Origin: Minisyncoccota bacterium
GTDB lineage: Bacteria; Patescibacteriota; Minisyncoccia; Phycocordibacterales; Phycocordibacteraceae
Assembly (NCBI GenBank): GCA_041666065.1
Contig: JBAYHQ010000002.1
Coordinates: 1-37,824, forward strand
Length of the DNA: 37,824 nt
Reading direction: 5' to 3'
In this document: in pieces, positions 16,031 through 25,220 of the stretch
Layout: every line of letters starts with the position of its first letter
Position numbering within the stretch: the first letter of the stretch is position 1
Position numbers and translations under genes: made by a program
Notes under the pieces: model-generated
What the model was told of the DNA's origin: nothing
What the model saw: only the letters and a program-made list of their open reading frames with translations
The model's database searches: none

Positions 16031-18196
16031 TTACTCTAAATGCATCTCTTTGTCGGCGGTGTGGGCGCGCGTGGCAAGGGCAGGGTGCTCTCGCAAGTCG
16101 GGGTCGGCGGCGACGAGGGCGGCCGCCTCAGTGCGTGCCGCCTCCACGAGCTTCAGGTTCTTCAACGCCTCCATCGCGATGTCGGAGACACCCCACTGCT
16201 TGCCGCCCGCAAGCTCGCCCGCGCCGCGCAGTGCGAGGTCGTATTCGGCGAGTTCAAAACCGTTTTTCGCGGTGGCAAACGCTTTCATGCGTTCCTTTGT
16301 CGTCTCACCGAAAGATTCGGGGAGTGCGAAGCAGTAGGACTGATGAGTAGAGCGGATGACGCGCCCGCGGAGCTGATGGAGCTGGGCGAGCCCGAAGCGT
16401 TCCGCACCTTCTATAAGTATGACGGTCGCGTTCGGGACGTTCACTCCCACCTCCACCACCGAGGTCGCGACGAGGATGTCCACCTTGCCATCTTCAAATC
16501 TTTTCATCACCTCCTCTTTCTCTGTCGGCCGCATCTTGCTATGCAAGATGTCTATCGTGGCATGAGGAAACACTGATTTCTTGAGTCGTGCCGCCTCCGC
16601 CTTCACCGATTTCGCTTGGAGCGCAAGCTCTTTTGCTGGGTCAGGCTCGTCTATGCGCGGACAGATGACGTATGCCTGATGCCCCGCTTGTAACTCTGTG
16701 CGCACGCGCCCATAGGCTTCTTCGCGCTTCTCAGGGCCGAGTATACCGGTCACGACCGGCTTGCGACCAGCCGGCATCTGGTCAAGGACGGTAAGGTCTA
16801 AGTCGCCGTAGAGGGTGAGTGCTAGTGTGCGCGGGATGGGGGTAGCAGTCATGGAGAGTAGGTGAGGCGCCGTCGCGCCCTTGGTCGCGAGCCGTTGGCG
16901 ATGAATAGTACCGAAGCGGTGCTGCTCGTCTATGATGGCGTACGCGAAATATTTGAAGGAGAGCGACTTCTCCACGAGCGCGTGCGTGCCGATAACTATC
17001 GGTATCTCGCCATTCGCGACCATCTTCTTAAACGCCATCTTGGAGACTTTCGCCGACTCCTCGTACCGCACATGGGAAGGGAACTTGCGACACTCGCTTC
17101 CGGTAATGAGTCCGATGGGTATAGGGTGGTCCTTGAAGTATGAGACGAAGGTAGAGAAGTGCTGCTTCGCGAGGATTTCGGTGGGGCAGAGGTACGCGAC
17201 TTGGAGTGTACCGGCAATCCTGCCTTTTGGCAGCGAGGTGGCTACTAGATACGCGGTCGCCGCGGCGACCGCGGTCTTGCCGCTCCCCACGTCGCCCTCT
17301 AAGAGGCGGAGCATCGGGTGCGGCTTCTCAAAGTCGGCCGTAATGGCTTCTATAGCGTGCCTCTGCGCCGCGGTCGCAGGGAAGGGGAACGAAGCGACGA
17401 AGTCGGCAAGCGCGTCGCGATTGACCGCAACCGGCAGGGCTTCTTCGCGCAGGTGGGCGCGGCGGCGCTCCTGCATCACCACTTGGAGCGCGAACACTTC
17501 TTCAAAGGCGAATCGCTTGCGCGCGCCAGCCGTATCAGAGGCTTTCTTCGGTGCGTGGATAAATACGAGCGCGGAGGAGAGCGAGGGGAGTTTGTAACGT
17601 GCGAGTATGTCGGAGGGTATCGGGTCGGCGAGCCCCTCGTGCACGCCCGACTCAAACACTTTCCGTACTGCATGCATGAGCCAGAGCGAGGAGACACCCT
17701 TGCTCTCAGGGTAGATCGGGTAGAGGGCCGCCTCCTCCGGCGACGTGCCGTGCGCGAAGAGTGAGTCGTGGACCCCCTCTGGGTCAACGGGTGACTTGTC
17801 TATGGAGGGGTTGGCGAGATAGATCTTCGCCCCTTCGCCCGCCACTTTCCCGCTCACTTTCACCACCATGCCGTCGTGGAGCGACTTGGCGATGTACGGC
17901 TGAGAGAACCACATCATCTTGATCTTCCCACTTGCGTCCTCTAACCACGCCTCGGCGACCGGTCGGCGGGTCTTCCACGTCTTCCGTATGTCGGGTTTCC
18001 TGACTGTGCCATAGAGCGTGACCTCGGCTCCCGCAGTGACGCCGGCAATCGTCCCGACTGAGCCGCTTGATTCGTAGCGGGCGGGGAAATGGTAGAGGAG
18101 GTCGCGGATGGTGCGTATCCCGAGCTTATGGAGCGCCCGCTTCTGGTCGGGTTTCAGACGGGTAAAGTGCTTATCAACAGGGTCTTCGGGGCGCAT
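16031..18196 (-). CDS. recG: ATP-dependent DNA helicase RecG
   Basis: Wedge-domain N-terminus, Walker A GDVGSGKT, DEQHRFG box, and helicase C-terminal motifs (QLRGRV). The ATG at 18196 (MRPEDP...) lies 6 nt after TATACT (18203-18208, minus). The track extension to 18382 overlaps the divergent gene. Confidence 0.9.
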   Translation of the reverse strand: MRPEDPVDKHFTRLKPDQKRALHKLGIRTIRDLLYHFPARYESSGSVGTIAGVTAGAEVTLYGTVRKPDIRKTWKTRRPVAEAWLEDASGKIKMMWFSQPYIAKSLHDGMVVKVSGKVAGEGAKIYLANPSIDKSPVDPEGVHDSLFAHGTSPEEAALYPIYPESKGVSSLWLMHAVRKVFESGVHEGLADPIPSDILARYKLPSLSSALVFIHAPKKASDTAGARKRFAFEEVFALQVVMQERRRAHLREEALPVAVNRDALADFVASFPFPATAAQRHAIEAITADFEKPHPMLRLLEGDVGSGKTAVAAATAYLVATSLPKGRIAGTLQVAYLCPTEILAKQHFSTFVSYFKDHPIPIGLITGSECRKFPSHVRYEESAKVSKMAFKKMVANGEIPIVIGTHALVEKSLSFKYFAYAIIDEQHRFGTIHRQRLATKGATAPHLLSMTATPIPRTLALTLYGDLDLTVLDQMPAGRKPVVTGILGPEKREEAYGRVRTELQAGHQAYVICPRIDEPDPAKELALQAKSVKAEAARLKKSVFPHATIDILHSKMRPTEKEEVMKRFEDGKVDILVATSVVEVGVNVPNATVILIEGAERFGLAQLHQLRGRVIRSTHQSYCFALPESFGETTKERMKAFATAKNGFELAEYDLALRGAGELAGGKQWGVSDIAMEALKNLKLVEAARTEAAALVAADPDLREHPALATRAHTADKEMHLE

Positions 18197-18202
18197 AGGT
18201 AC

Positions 18203-18208
18203 AGTATA
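18203..18208 (-). promoter_or_regulatory. -10 box TATACT, 6 nt upstream of the recG ATG (18196)
   Basis: The minus strand reads cctataTATACT... in the register taTATACTgtacctATG. Confidence 0.55.
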
Positions 18209-18214
18209 TAGGAG

Positions 18215-18223
18215 TGGTATAGT
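18215..18223 (+). promoter_or_regulatory. Extended -10 TGGTATAGT for the large surface protein gene (leader about 20 nt, no SD)
   Basis: It lies back-to-back with the recG -10 box, 9 bp away; the ATG is at 18251. Confidence 0.5.
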
Positions 18224-18250
18224 TACCCTGTTACCAAAATATCCATCTTC

Positions 18251-21200
18251 ATGAAAAAATACACCCTTGGTGTCGCACTTCTCTTCGTCGCGCTCGTCAC
18301 ACTCCCTGCTCAAGTACGAGCCCAGTCTACAGTCGGGGACGTCGCCCCTACTGCTCCTGTGACAGTGTGTCTCAACTTGCAAAATAACCTGCAGTACAGG
18401 ATGACCGATGCGGGGACGGGCGGAGAAGTGTCGTTACTCCAAGACTTCCTTAATCCAGAGTATCTCAGCTCTGAGCCTACCGGCTTCTTCGGCAAGGGGA
18501 CGCTTGCGGCGGTCAAGAACTTTCAAACAGACAACCACCTGCTCAACAGCGGGTATGTCGGGACCTTGACGAGAGGAAAGATTCGCGACCTCACCTGTGG
18601 TGGCAGCTCCTCGGCCAGCCAGACCAATCAGAGCGGACAGACGCTGAACGTACAATCAGCCAGTTCTGGCGCTCCGGTCATCTCCTCGTGGAACGGGAAG
18701 GGGGGTTCGTTTAGCCCCGGAGACAGCCAAACAGTCTTCGGGCAGCGCTTGGGCGCCATTACTTCTGCGATCCTTACCTCGCGCGACGGAAGCCGCTCCT
18801 ATGGATTGCAATGGAAGTCTACGAGCGACACTTCACTCGGCATCGTGATGCCCAGTAACCCAGCAATTCCCGCAGGCACGTACAATCTCTATCTTAAAAA
18901 CGCGTCTGGGACGAGCTCCGGATTCCCCGTGGACGTAGCGACACTCGCCTCATCTGTTTCGGCGGCCGTCAAGCCGACCATCACCAGTGTCACTTCCCGC
19001 GCGAGTTCCCCTGACACGATATATGTCGGCCAAACTGCGTATATCCGAGGTACTGGCCTTGGCGGTCAGATTACCATTCGTATCGGGGACCGTACGGCGT
19101 TGTCGGTTGTAGGTGTATCAGATACTGACGCAAACTTCGTCGTGCCATCAATGGCGGAGGGTTATGCTGCCATCTCAGTTACGAATGCTTCTGGGGAGAC
19201 AAGTCCGTACTACGGAGCGTTACACGTTATCGTTCCAACGACGACTACAGCCACTGTCGTGCCCACATCCGTTGACACACCAGCTGGCTCGCTCTCCCTC
19301 TCGTCCCCAAGTTGTACCATCATGAACGGCTACAGCGACTGCACCGTGTTCGCCTCGTGGAGCACTACGGGTGTTTCGTCGGTCAATCTCGTAAATGATA
19401 AGGGTGCTGGCATTGATGCGCATAGTCCCAATATCTCTGCCGGCTATAACGCCATCGCCGTCGCTGTCGCGTATGGCGGGACGACGTTCACACTCAAGAA
19501 CGCAGTTACCGGCAGCATTATCAGCTCCAAGTCAGCTACCGCGAGTTGCGGAGCGGGCTCTTCGTGGAACACGACCACACTGAAATGTTCGCCCACTCCT
19601 GCCCCCACGCTCACGTCCTTCGCGCCTACGGTCATGACCGCTGGATCAAATACGAGTATCGTTATCTACGGTACGGGCTTCAAGCCAGGGGCGACGATCG
19701 TCTACTCAGGCTCTTCAAGCGGCGAATCGCCCGCGGCATCTTATGTGTCAGCTGATGGGACCCAGATGAACATCGGCTCGTATACGTTTGGATATGCAGG
19801 TGCGTGGACCTTCCGCGTCAAGAATCCTGACGGCCAAGTGAGCGGGGTCAGCAGAACGTTCACTATAAACGTGCCCTCTGCAGCACCAACGGTGCAGTCG
19901 TTCTCGCTCCCGTCCACGGTCAACGTGAACGACACGATCACCGCTACGTGGACCGGCAGCAGTGATGCCGCTTCCTATCAGTTCAATGCCACCACTCCGC
20001 CGACCGCCATAGGCACCAATCTTGAAGGGAGATTCTCGCCGCTTACGACGAGTAATTCGTGGTCTGGAACCGCTGCAGGCCTCGGTCTCTCTGCAGGGAC
20101 AACGTACGCTATCGGAATTAAAGCGTGTACGAGCAACGGGACATGCGGCAATGCGAGTTATCGCACGATTGCAGTAAATGCTACTGCGACCACGAACACT
20201 ACCCCGGTTTATACCGCACCAACGTTAAGCGTCAGTGCCGCCACGGTTACAACAGGTGCTACCGTCACGTTCACGGTGGATACCAAAGGTGGCACGGGTT
20301 GCTATTGGGCGCAGAACGGGCAGTTCGGTGGATCCATATCGAGCGGTGCTACACCGGTGACCACGACAGGATTGTCCGGCACCTACTATATGACCGTTGT
20401 CTGCAGCGAGCCAAACGGTCAGACGTTCACCTCAAATCAGGTCTCGCTTACCGTGAACGCTCCTGTTTCGTCCTCAGCTCCAGCTCCAGTGCTCACCGTG
20501 CAGTCGTTCACCCTTTCAAGAACGACTGCGGGGCTGAACGACTCGTTCACCGCCTCGTGGACAGGCAGTAGTGATGCGAGGACGTACCAGTTCAACGCGA
20601 ACGGTGGAGCATTCAGTCCGTTTACGAGCGCCACCTCGTGGACCGGTACTCCGGCGAGCCTCGGCTTCTCCGCGGGCACATCTTATGCCATCGGGATTAA
20701 GGCTTGTGACAGTAGCGGTACTACCTGTGGCGCTCCAAGCTATGCGACTATTGCCATTACGGGTAGTCCAGCAACAATCAGTATCGGTGTTACGGGCACG
20801 ACGCTGTACTGGAGCGCTTCTTCAAACGCCTCTTCCTGCTCGTTCCGTGTGAACGGTGCGCCGTGGGCGAACCTTTCCCCACTCACGGGAACCTCTCCTC
20901 TTACCGGCATTGGGCTCACGGTCGGTACTCCTTACATGGTTGAGGCCTTCTGTCTCAACGCATCTGGGCAGCAAGGACCGACCTCCTCGCTCGTATACAC
21001 GCCCACGGTAGCCGCTGGTCCTGCACAGAAGCAGACTGCGAGCGCTATTGACGCACTCGCCAGTGCGACTACCTCAGGTGTTACGAGCGGTTTCCACTAC
21101 ACGTGGAGTCGTAACTTGGAGATAGGTTCGCCGTACCCGTTTGATGTAACGGCACTTCAGACGGCGCTCACCCGCGAAGGTGTCTACACAGGCGAGGGCA

Positions 21201-21325
21201 CTGGCGGTTTCTACGGCCAGACCTTCTCTGCGGTCAAGGCGTTCCAGCAGAAGTACGGCATTGAAGCGACCGGCTTCGTCGGTGCGGCGACCCGCGCGAA
21301 ACTCAACTCGCTCTACGCCAAGTAG
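18251..21325 (+). CDS. Large secreted Ser/Thr-rich repeat protein with peptidoglycan-binding (PG_binding_1-like) domains at both termini and Ig/IPT- and FN3-like internal modules
   Basis: Signal peptide MKKYTLGVALLFVALVTLPAQVRA. N-terminal PG-binding-like segment (LLQDFL...GKGTLAAVKNFQ...GTLTRGKI). C-terminal segment (LQTALTREGVYTG...FSAVKAFQQKYGIEATGFVGAATRAKL). Several beta-rich modules, including two clearly homologous about-95-aa repeats. Confidence 0.8.
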   Translation: MKKYTLGVALLFVALVTLPAQVRAQSTVGDVAPTAPVTVCLNLQNNLQYRMTDAGTGGEVSLLQDFLNPEYLSSEPTGFFGKGTLAAVKNFQTDNHLLNSGYVGTLTRGKIRDLTCGGSSSASQTNQSGQTLNVQSASSGAPVISSWNGKGGSFSPGDSQTVFGQRLGAITSAILTSRDGSRSYGLQWKSTSDTSLGIVMPSNPAIPAGTYNLYLKNASGTSSGFPVDVATLASSVSAAVKPTITSVTSRASSPDTIYVGQTAYIRGTGLGGQITIRIGDRTALSVVGVSDTDANFVVPSMAEGYAAISVTNASGETSPYYGALHVIVPTTTTATVVPTSVDTPAGSLSLSSPSCTIMNGYSDCTVFASWSTTGVSSVNLVNDKGAGIDAHSPNISAGYNAIAVAVAYGGTTFTLKNAVTGSIISSKSATASCGAGSSWNTTTLKCSPTPAPTLTSFAPTVMTAGSNTSIVIYGTGFKPGATIVYSGSSSGESPAASYVSADGTQMNIGSYTFGYAGAWTFRVKNPDGQVSGVSRTFTINVPSAAPTVQSFSLPSTVNVNDTITATWTGSSDAASYQFNATTPPTAIGTNLEGRFSPLTTSNSWSGTAAGLGLSAGTTYAIGIKACTSNGTCGNASYRTIAVNATATTNTTPVYTAPTLSVSAATVTTGATVTFTVDTKGGTGCYWAQNGQFGGSISSGATPVTTTGLSGTYYMTVVCSEPNGQTFTSNQVSLTVNAPVSSSAPAPVLTVQSFTLSRTTAGLNDSFTASWTGSSDARTYQFNANGGAFSPFTSATSWTGTPASLGFSAGTSYAIGIKACDSSGTTCGAPSYATIAITGSPATISIGVTGTTLYWSASSNASSCSFRVNGAPWANLSPLTGTSPLTGIGLTVGTPYMVEAFCLNASGQQGPTSSLVYTPTVAAGPAQKQTASAIDALASATTSGVTSGFHYTWSRNLEIGSPYPFDVTALQTALTREGVYTGEGTGGFYGQTFSAVKAFQQKYGIEATGFVGAATRAKLNSLYAK
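19874..20763 (+). repeat. Two diverged copies of an about-95-codon module inside the surface protein gene (about 19874-20180 and 20477-20763)
   Basis: Protein-level repeat VQSF(S/T)L...D(T/S)(I/F)TA(T/S)WTGSSDA(A/R)(S/T)YQFNA...SWTGT...GxSAGT(T/S)YAIGIKAC...CG(N/A)(A/P)SY. DNA identity is only patchy (for example gtgcagtcgttc in both). Confidence 0.75.
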
Positions 21326-21349
21326 TAGAGGGTCTCTCAAGCAATAGGG

Positions 21350-21380
21350 AATCGCCAGCGCATGTGCGCCGGCGATTTTT
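21350..21380 (+). terminator. Intrinsic terminator of the large surface protein gene
   Basis: AATCGCCAGCGCA tg TGCGCCGGCGATT (one mismatch) followed by TTT, giving a T5 run together with the stem end. Confidence 0.75.
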
Positions 21381-21384
21381 CCTT

Positions 21385-21393
21385 TGGTATAGT
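21385..21393 (+). promoter_or_regulatory. Extended -10 TGGTATAGT, 6 nt upstream of the amidase ATG (21400)
   Basis: The sequence is ctttTGGTATAGTtcctgtATG, immediately after the upstream terminator T-tract. Confidence 0.6.
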
Positions 21394-21399
21394 TCCTGT

Positions 21400-22689
21400 A
21401 TGCGAAATGAACTACTCCCGCTCGCGGTGTATGCAGGGTGCGTGGCATCGGTCGCAATATTCTTAAACATGGGCGGGGCAGCGCCGCTTCAAAACGCGGC
21501 GGCGTGGACGACGCGCGAGGCAGGGACCGCCGCCGCATTCTTCGTGACGAGTATCACCGCAGCACAGATACAAGACACGTACCGCGCATCAAGTACTCCG
21601 GCGATTCAGACTGCAACACCGGCTAAACGAGTTCGGGTACTCATCGTGCCAGGGCATCAACCTGATGCTGGCGGGACAGAGTTCAGGGGCGTAGAGGAGC
21701 GCGACCTCGTCGTGGACCTCGCAGATGCGCTCGCAGGGCTCCTCTCCCAGAATCCGCATTACGAGGTGATGGTCGCACGATCTAAGACCGCGTGGCATCC
21801 GATTTTACAGACGTATTTTGATACGCATATGCTTGAGATAGAGACGTTTGAGCAGTCACAGAAAGCTCAGATGGCGAACTACCTCGCGGATGGGAGCATC
21901 CTCTCCGATTCCGATCAGGTGTACCACAACTCGGCGCCGACCAAGGCCGCACTAGAGCTGTACGGCATCAACAAGTGGGCGAGCGATAATGAGTACGACA
22001 TCACTCTCCACCTCCACGTGAACGACTATGCCGGGCGTCGTATGAAATTTACCGATGCGTACAGCGGCTTCGCGGTGTATGTACCAGACCGTCAGTATTC
22101 CAACGCTGAGGCGTCCAGAGCGATAGGGGAATCTGTCGCAGCGCGTTTGAATACCTATCATGCGACGAGCACCCTGCCGAAAGAAGATGCGGGTGTCGTC
22201 CCCGACCAGCAGCTCATAGCTATCGGCAGTAACAACACCGCCGACGATGCCACACTCCTTATAGAATACGGATATATCTATGAGCCGCAGTTCCAGAATG
22301 CGTCTATCCGACAGGTCGCCATCGCAGATTATGCGTTTGCGACCTACCTCGGCCTTCAGGATTTCTTTAAAGACCCTATCACTGCCACGTACGGTTCAGT
22401 GTCGTTTCCGTATGACTGGACGAAAGTGACCGTGGAGAGTGGAGAAAGAGGGGCTGGTGTGTACGCGCTTCAGGCGGCACTCCATTATCTTGGGTACTAT
22501 CCGCCCGCGGGGAAGAGTTTCAGCGATTGCCCAGTGTCGGGGGTGGCGGGCTCCTGCATACGTTCCGCACTCAAGGGCTATCAGCGCGCCCGCGGACTTG
22601 AGGCGGCTGGCGTTGTCGGGCCGCAGACACGCGAAGCTCTCTCCCGTGATCTGGCGCAGCCGCCCCTGTCTGCAGTTACGTTGCAATAG
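21400..22689 (+). CDS. N-acetylmuramoyl-L-alanine amidase (Amidase_3-like) with C-terminal peptidoglycan-binding domain
   Basis: N-terminal TM or signal segment. VLIVPGHQPDAGG...ERDLV...ITLHLHVNDY resembles the Amidase_3 zinc site pattern. The C-terminal GAGVYALQAALHYLGYY...GVVGPQTREAL is PG_binding_1-like. The ATG at 21400 lies 6 nt after TGGTATAGT. Confidence 0.7.
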   Translation: MRNELLPLAVYAGCVASVAIFLNMGGAAPLQNAAAWTTREAGTAAAFFVTSITAAQIQDTYRASSTPAIQTATPAKRVRVLIVPGHQPDAGGTEFRGVEERDLVVDLADALAGLLSQNPHYEVMVARSKTAWHPILQTYFDTHMLEIETFEQSQKAQMANYLADGSILSDSDQVYHNSAPTKAALELYGINKWASDNEYDITLHLHVNDYAGRRMKFTDAYSGFAVYVPDRQYSNAEASRAIGESVAARLNTYHATSTLPKEDAGVVPDQQLIAIGSNNTADDATLLIEYGYIYEPQFQNASIRQVAIADYAFATYLGLQDFFKDPITATYGSVSFPYDWTKVTVESGERGAGVYALQAALHYLGYYPPAGKSFSDCPVSGVAGSCIRSALKGYQRARGLEAAGVVGPQTREALSRDLAQPPLSAVTLQ

Positions 22690-22696
22690 TCATCGG

Positions 22697-22705
22697 TGCT
22701 ACAAT
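22697..22705 (+). promoter_or_regulatory. Extended -10 TGCTACAAT upstream of the bPH-domain gene (leader about 21 nt)
   Basis: The sequence is cggTGCTACAATacgg; the ATG is at 22734. Confidence 0.45.
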
Positions 22706-22733
22706 ACGGTGCATTACCGCATAAAACTCAATC

Positions 22734-24035
22734 ATGCCAAACGAACAGCTTCTAGCGTATATCCGCGCCGAACGTGCACAGGGTACAGGACGAGAGGCTG
22801 TCACGCATGCACTACTCGCTGCAAATTGGAGGATTGAAGACATTAACGCAGCTTTCTCGGCTATTGAGGGGACCTTGAATCAAGGCGTTCCTTCTGCGCC
22901 GCAGGCACCCGCAGCTTCGTCTACCGAGACACTTCGCGACCGGTATCCGCTTAGTCCGCGGAAGTTTTGGAAGAAGATCATAGCGGTCATACTGCCATTC
23001 GCGATTTTCAGTTTCTTCGTCGCTGTCAGTGTTGATGCCATCATAGCGCTTACAAGGCAGAGCTCAAACAGTTTCACTCCGCTTCTGGGCATCGGATTTG
23101 TCGGCTTCTTCTGTGTATTCATGTCCCTGTATGCTTGGTATGTGAAGGTGTATATACGCCGCTACTTCTACGATGCGACTGAGAGTTACATCACTATCAA
23201 GAAGGGCGTTTTCGCACCGGCGGAGATACATGTGCAATATGCGAAAATTCAGGACGTGTATGTAGACCAAGATATTATTGATAGAGTTATGGGCCTTTAT
23301 GATGTGCATCTCGCGAGCGCGACTGCTGCGTCGGGCATTGAAGCCCATATTGATGGGGTTGAGCAGGTAGCGGCGGAGGGGTTGAAGAATCTGTTGCTCC
23401 AGAAGCTTCAGAGCGGCGGCTCGGTCGCGGATAGGCCAATCATGTCTCCGGTACAGCCGGTCAGCAGGCCAGCCGCCTTCGCGACTGAGATATCGAGTGC
23501 CACATATCCGATTACCGGCGCGTGGTATGCGCAACAGATGATCAGGTGGTTCTTCTCCGCATTGTTTATTTCCCTCATAATAGATCTGCAACTCGTCTCC
23601 CGCGGGAGGAGTGGAAGTTCTTCGCTCATGGAGACTTTCGGATGGGGTTCAAGCGCACTATGGCTGGTCTTCTTCGGGTCGTTCGTCGTTATCTACGCGT
23701 TCCATCTCGTGTATATGGTGCTCTGGCGCTCCACGTATTCCTTCAGCTTCCTGCCAGACTATATCGTGACGAAGCAGGGAGTCATCGCGAAGACTGAAAA
23801 TCACTTGCCGTACCGCGCGGTACAGGACGTCGCGGTTTCTCAAGGCATCATTGAACGACTGCTCGGCATCGCGACGGTGCGGATAGAGAATGCTGCGGCG
23901 GCGCAGGTGGTGGGGAGAACTGTCGTCTCAAGTGCTGTTCTCATCCCTGGACAATCGCTCGCGAGAGCAAATGAAATCAGTGATGCTATAAAGCACGTCA
24001 CGCTTGCCAAGAATTCTTCCCAAACCGGTCTCTAA
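22734..24035 (+). CDS. Membrane protein with two bacterial PH (bPH_2 / YdbT-like) domains
   Basis: Two copies of a TM hairpin followed by a YdbT-like segment (ITIKKGVFAPAEIHVQYAKIQDVYVDQDIIDRVMGLYDVHL and IVTKQGVIAKTENHLPYRAVQDVAVSQGIIERLLGIATVRI). Confidence 0.75.
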   Translation: MPNEQLLAYIRAERAQGTGREAVTHALLAANWRIEDINAAFSAIEGTLNQGVPSAPQAPAASSTETLRDRYPLSPRKFWKKIIAVILPFAIFSFFVAVSVDAIIALTRQSSNSFTPLLGIGFVGFFCVFMSLYAWYVKVYIRRYFYDATESYITIKKGVFAPAEIHVQYAKIQDVYVDQDIIDRVMGLYDVHLASATAASGIEAHIDGVEQVAAEGLKNLLLQKLQSGGSVADRPIMSPVQPVSRPAAFATEISSATYPITGAWYAQQMIRWFFSALFISLIIDLQLVSRGRSGSSSLMETFGWGSSALWLVFFGSFVVIYAFHLVYMVLWRSTYSFSFLPDYIVTKQGVIAKTENHLPYRAVQDVAVSQGIIERLLGIATVRIENAAAAQVVGRTVVSSAVLIPGQSLARANEISDAIKHVTLAKNSSQTGL

Positions 24036-24040
24036 GCGGG

Positions 24041-24046
24041 TATACT
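24041..24046 (+). promoter_or_regulatory. -10 box TATACT, 8 nt upstream of the malic enzyme ATG (24055)
   Basis: The sequence is gcgggTATACTggtgctctATG. Confidence 0.5.
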
Positions 24047-24054
24047 GGTGCTCT

Positions 24055-25185
24055 ATGGATACTAAAAAGATACTCGCAGCATTTAAGAAGCAGGGCGCGC
24101 GGATAGAGACGAAAGCGCGCGTCACCTTAAAAGAGAAGAAAGATTTCTCACTCTGGTACACCCCCGGAGTGGGCACCGCGTCGCTTCACTTGGCGAAACA
24201 TCCTAAGGATGCGCGACTGATGTCTATCAAGAAGAACAGTGTTGCGATAGTCTCCGACGGTTCGGCAGTACTCGGTCTCGGCAATATCGGTCCCTACGGT
24301 GCGCTCCCTGTCATGGAAGGGAAGGCGCTCATCTTCAAGGCGAAGGCAAACGTGGACGCGTGGCCCTTGGTGCTTGCTACACAGGACCCCGACGAGATTG
24401 TGCGGATCGTAAAGGCGATCGCTCCGAACTTCGGCGGTATCAATCTGGAGGACATTGCTGCACCTGCATGTTTTGAGATTGAAGAGCGACTCATGAAGGA
24501 GCTTGATATACCCGTGATGCACGACGACCAACACGGCACGGCCATCGTGGTGCTCGCAGGGCTCACGAATGCCGCGAAAGTCGTGAAGAAGAATCTGAAG
24601 AAGCTCCGCGTCGTTATAAGCGGTGCTGGCGCGGCCGGCACGGCTGTCGCGAAGCTGCTCCTCGCTGCCGGTGTGAAAGACATTATCCTCATAGATCGCT
24701 CAGGAGCGATTTTCAAGGGGCGCGCAGGACTGAATGCTCACAAAGCAGAGCTCGCAGAGCTCACGAATCCGCGCATGGAGGCCGGCGGTCTCGCTGAAGC
24801 GATGCGTGGTGCCGACGTATTCGTCGGCGTCTCAGGCAAGGGGCTACTCTCGGCAGAACACGTCGCGAGTATGGCATCAGGGGCAATAGTCTTCGCACTG
24901 GCGAACCCGATCCCAGAAATATTGCCAGAAACGGCGTGGCGGGCAGGCGCCGAGGTCATCGCTACAGGCAGAAGCGATTACCCGAACCAGATAAACAACT
25001 CACTTGTCTTCCCTGGCATTTTCCGCGGCGCGCTGGATAAGGGGGTTAGGAAGATCACCACTGCTACTAAGCTCCGCGCGGCGTATGCGCTTGCGGCACT
25101 CGTCGCCAAGCCTTCTGCGGATAAGATAATCCCAGATATGCTTGACCCGCGGGTTGTGAAGGCGGTCGCGAGCACGGTGCGCTAA
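24055..25185 (+). CDS. NAD(P)-dependent malic enzyme (short form, no PTA domain)
   Basis: WYTPGV, VSDGSAVLGLGNIGP, FGGINLEDI and the Rossmann GAGAAG motif. The ATG at 24055 lies 8 nt after TATACT, which removes the overlap with the upstream gene. Confidence 0.85.
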   Translation: MDTKKILAAFKKQGARIETKARVTLKEKKDFSLWYTPGVGTASLHLAKHPKDARLMSIKKNSVAIVSDGSAVLGLGNIGPYGALPVMEGKALIFKAKANVDAWPLVLATQDPDEIVRIVKAIAPNFGGINLEDIAAPACFEIEERLMKELDIPVMHDDQHGTAIVVLAGLTNAAKVVKKNLKKLRVVISGAGAAGTAVAKLLLAAGVKDIILIDRSGAIFKGRAGLNAHKAELAELTNPRMEAGGLAEAMRGADVFVGVSGKGLLSAEHVASMASGAIVFALANPIPEILPETAWRAGAEVIATGRSDYPNQINNSLVFPGIFRGALDKGVRKITTATKLRAAYALAALVAKPSADKIIPDMLDPRVVKAVASTVR

Positions 25186-25187
25186 AG

Positions 25188-25196
25188 TGATACACT
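25188..25196 (+). promoter_or_regulatory. Extended -10 TGATACACT upstream of lemA (leader about 17 nt)
   Basis: The sequence is aagTGATACACTagag; the ATG is at 25221. Confidence 0.4.
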
Positions 25197-25220
25197 AGAG
25201 GGAGTTAACCTAATTTACTT

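Noticed and set aside
16040-17597. Plus-strand ORFs (178 aa, 221 aa and others) opposite recG
   Set aside because: All overlap the well-supported RecG frame, are Arg-rich, and show no motifs or signals.
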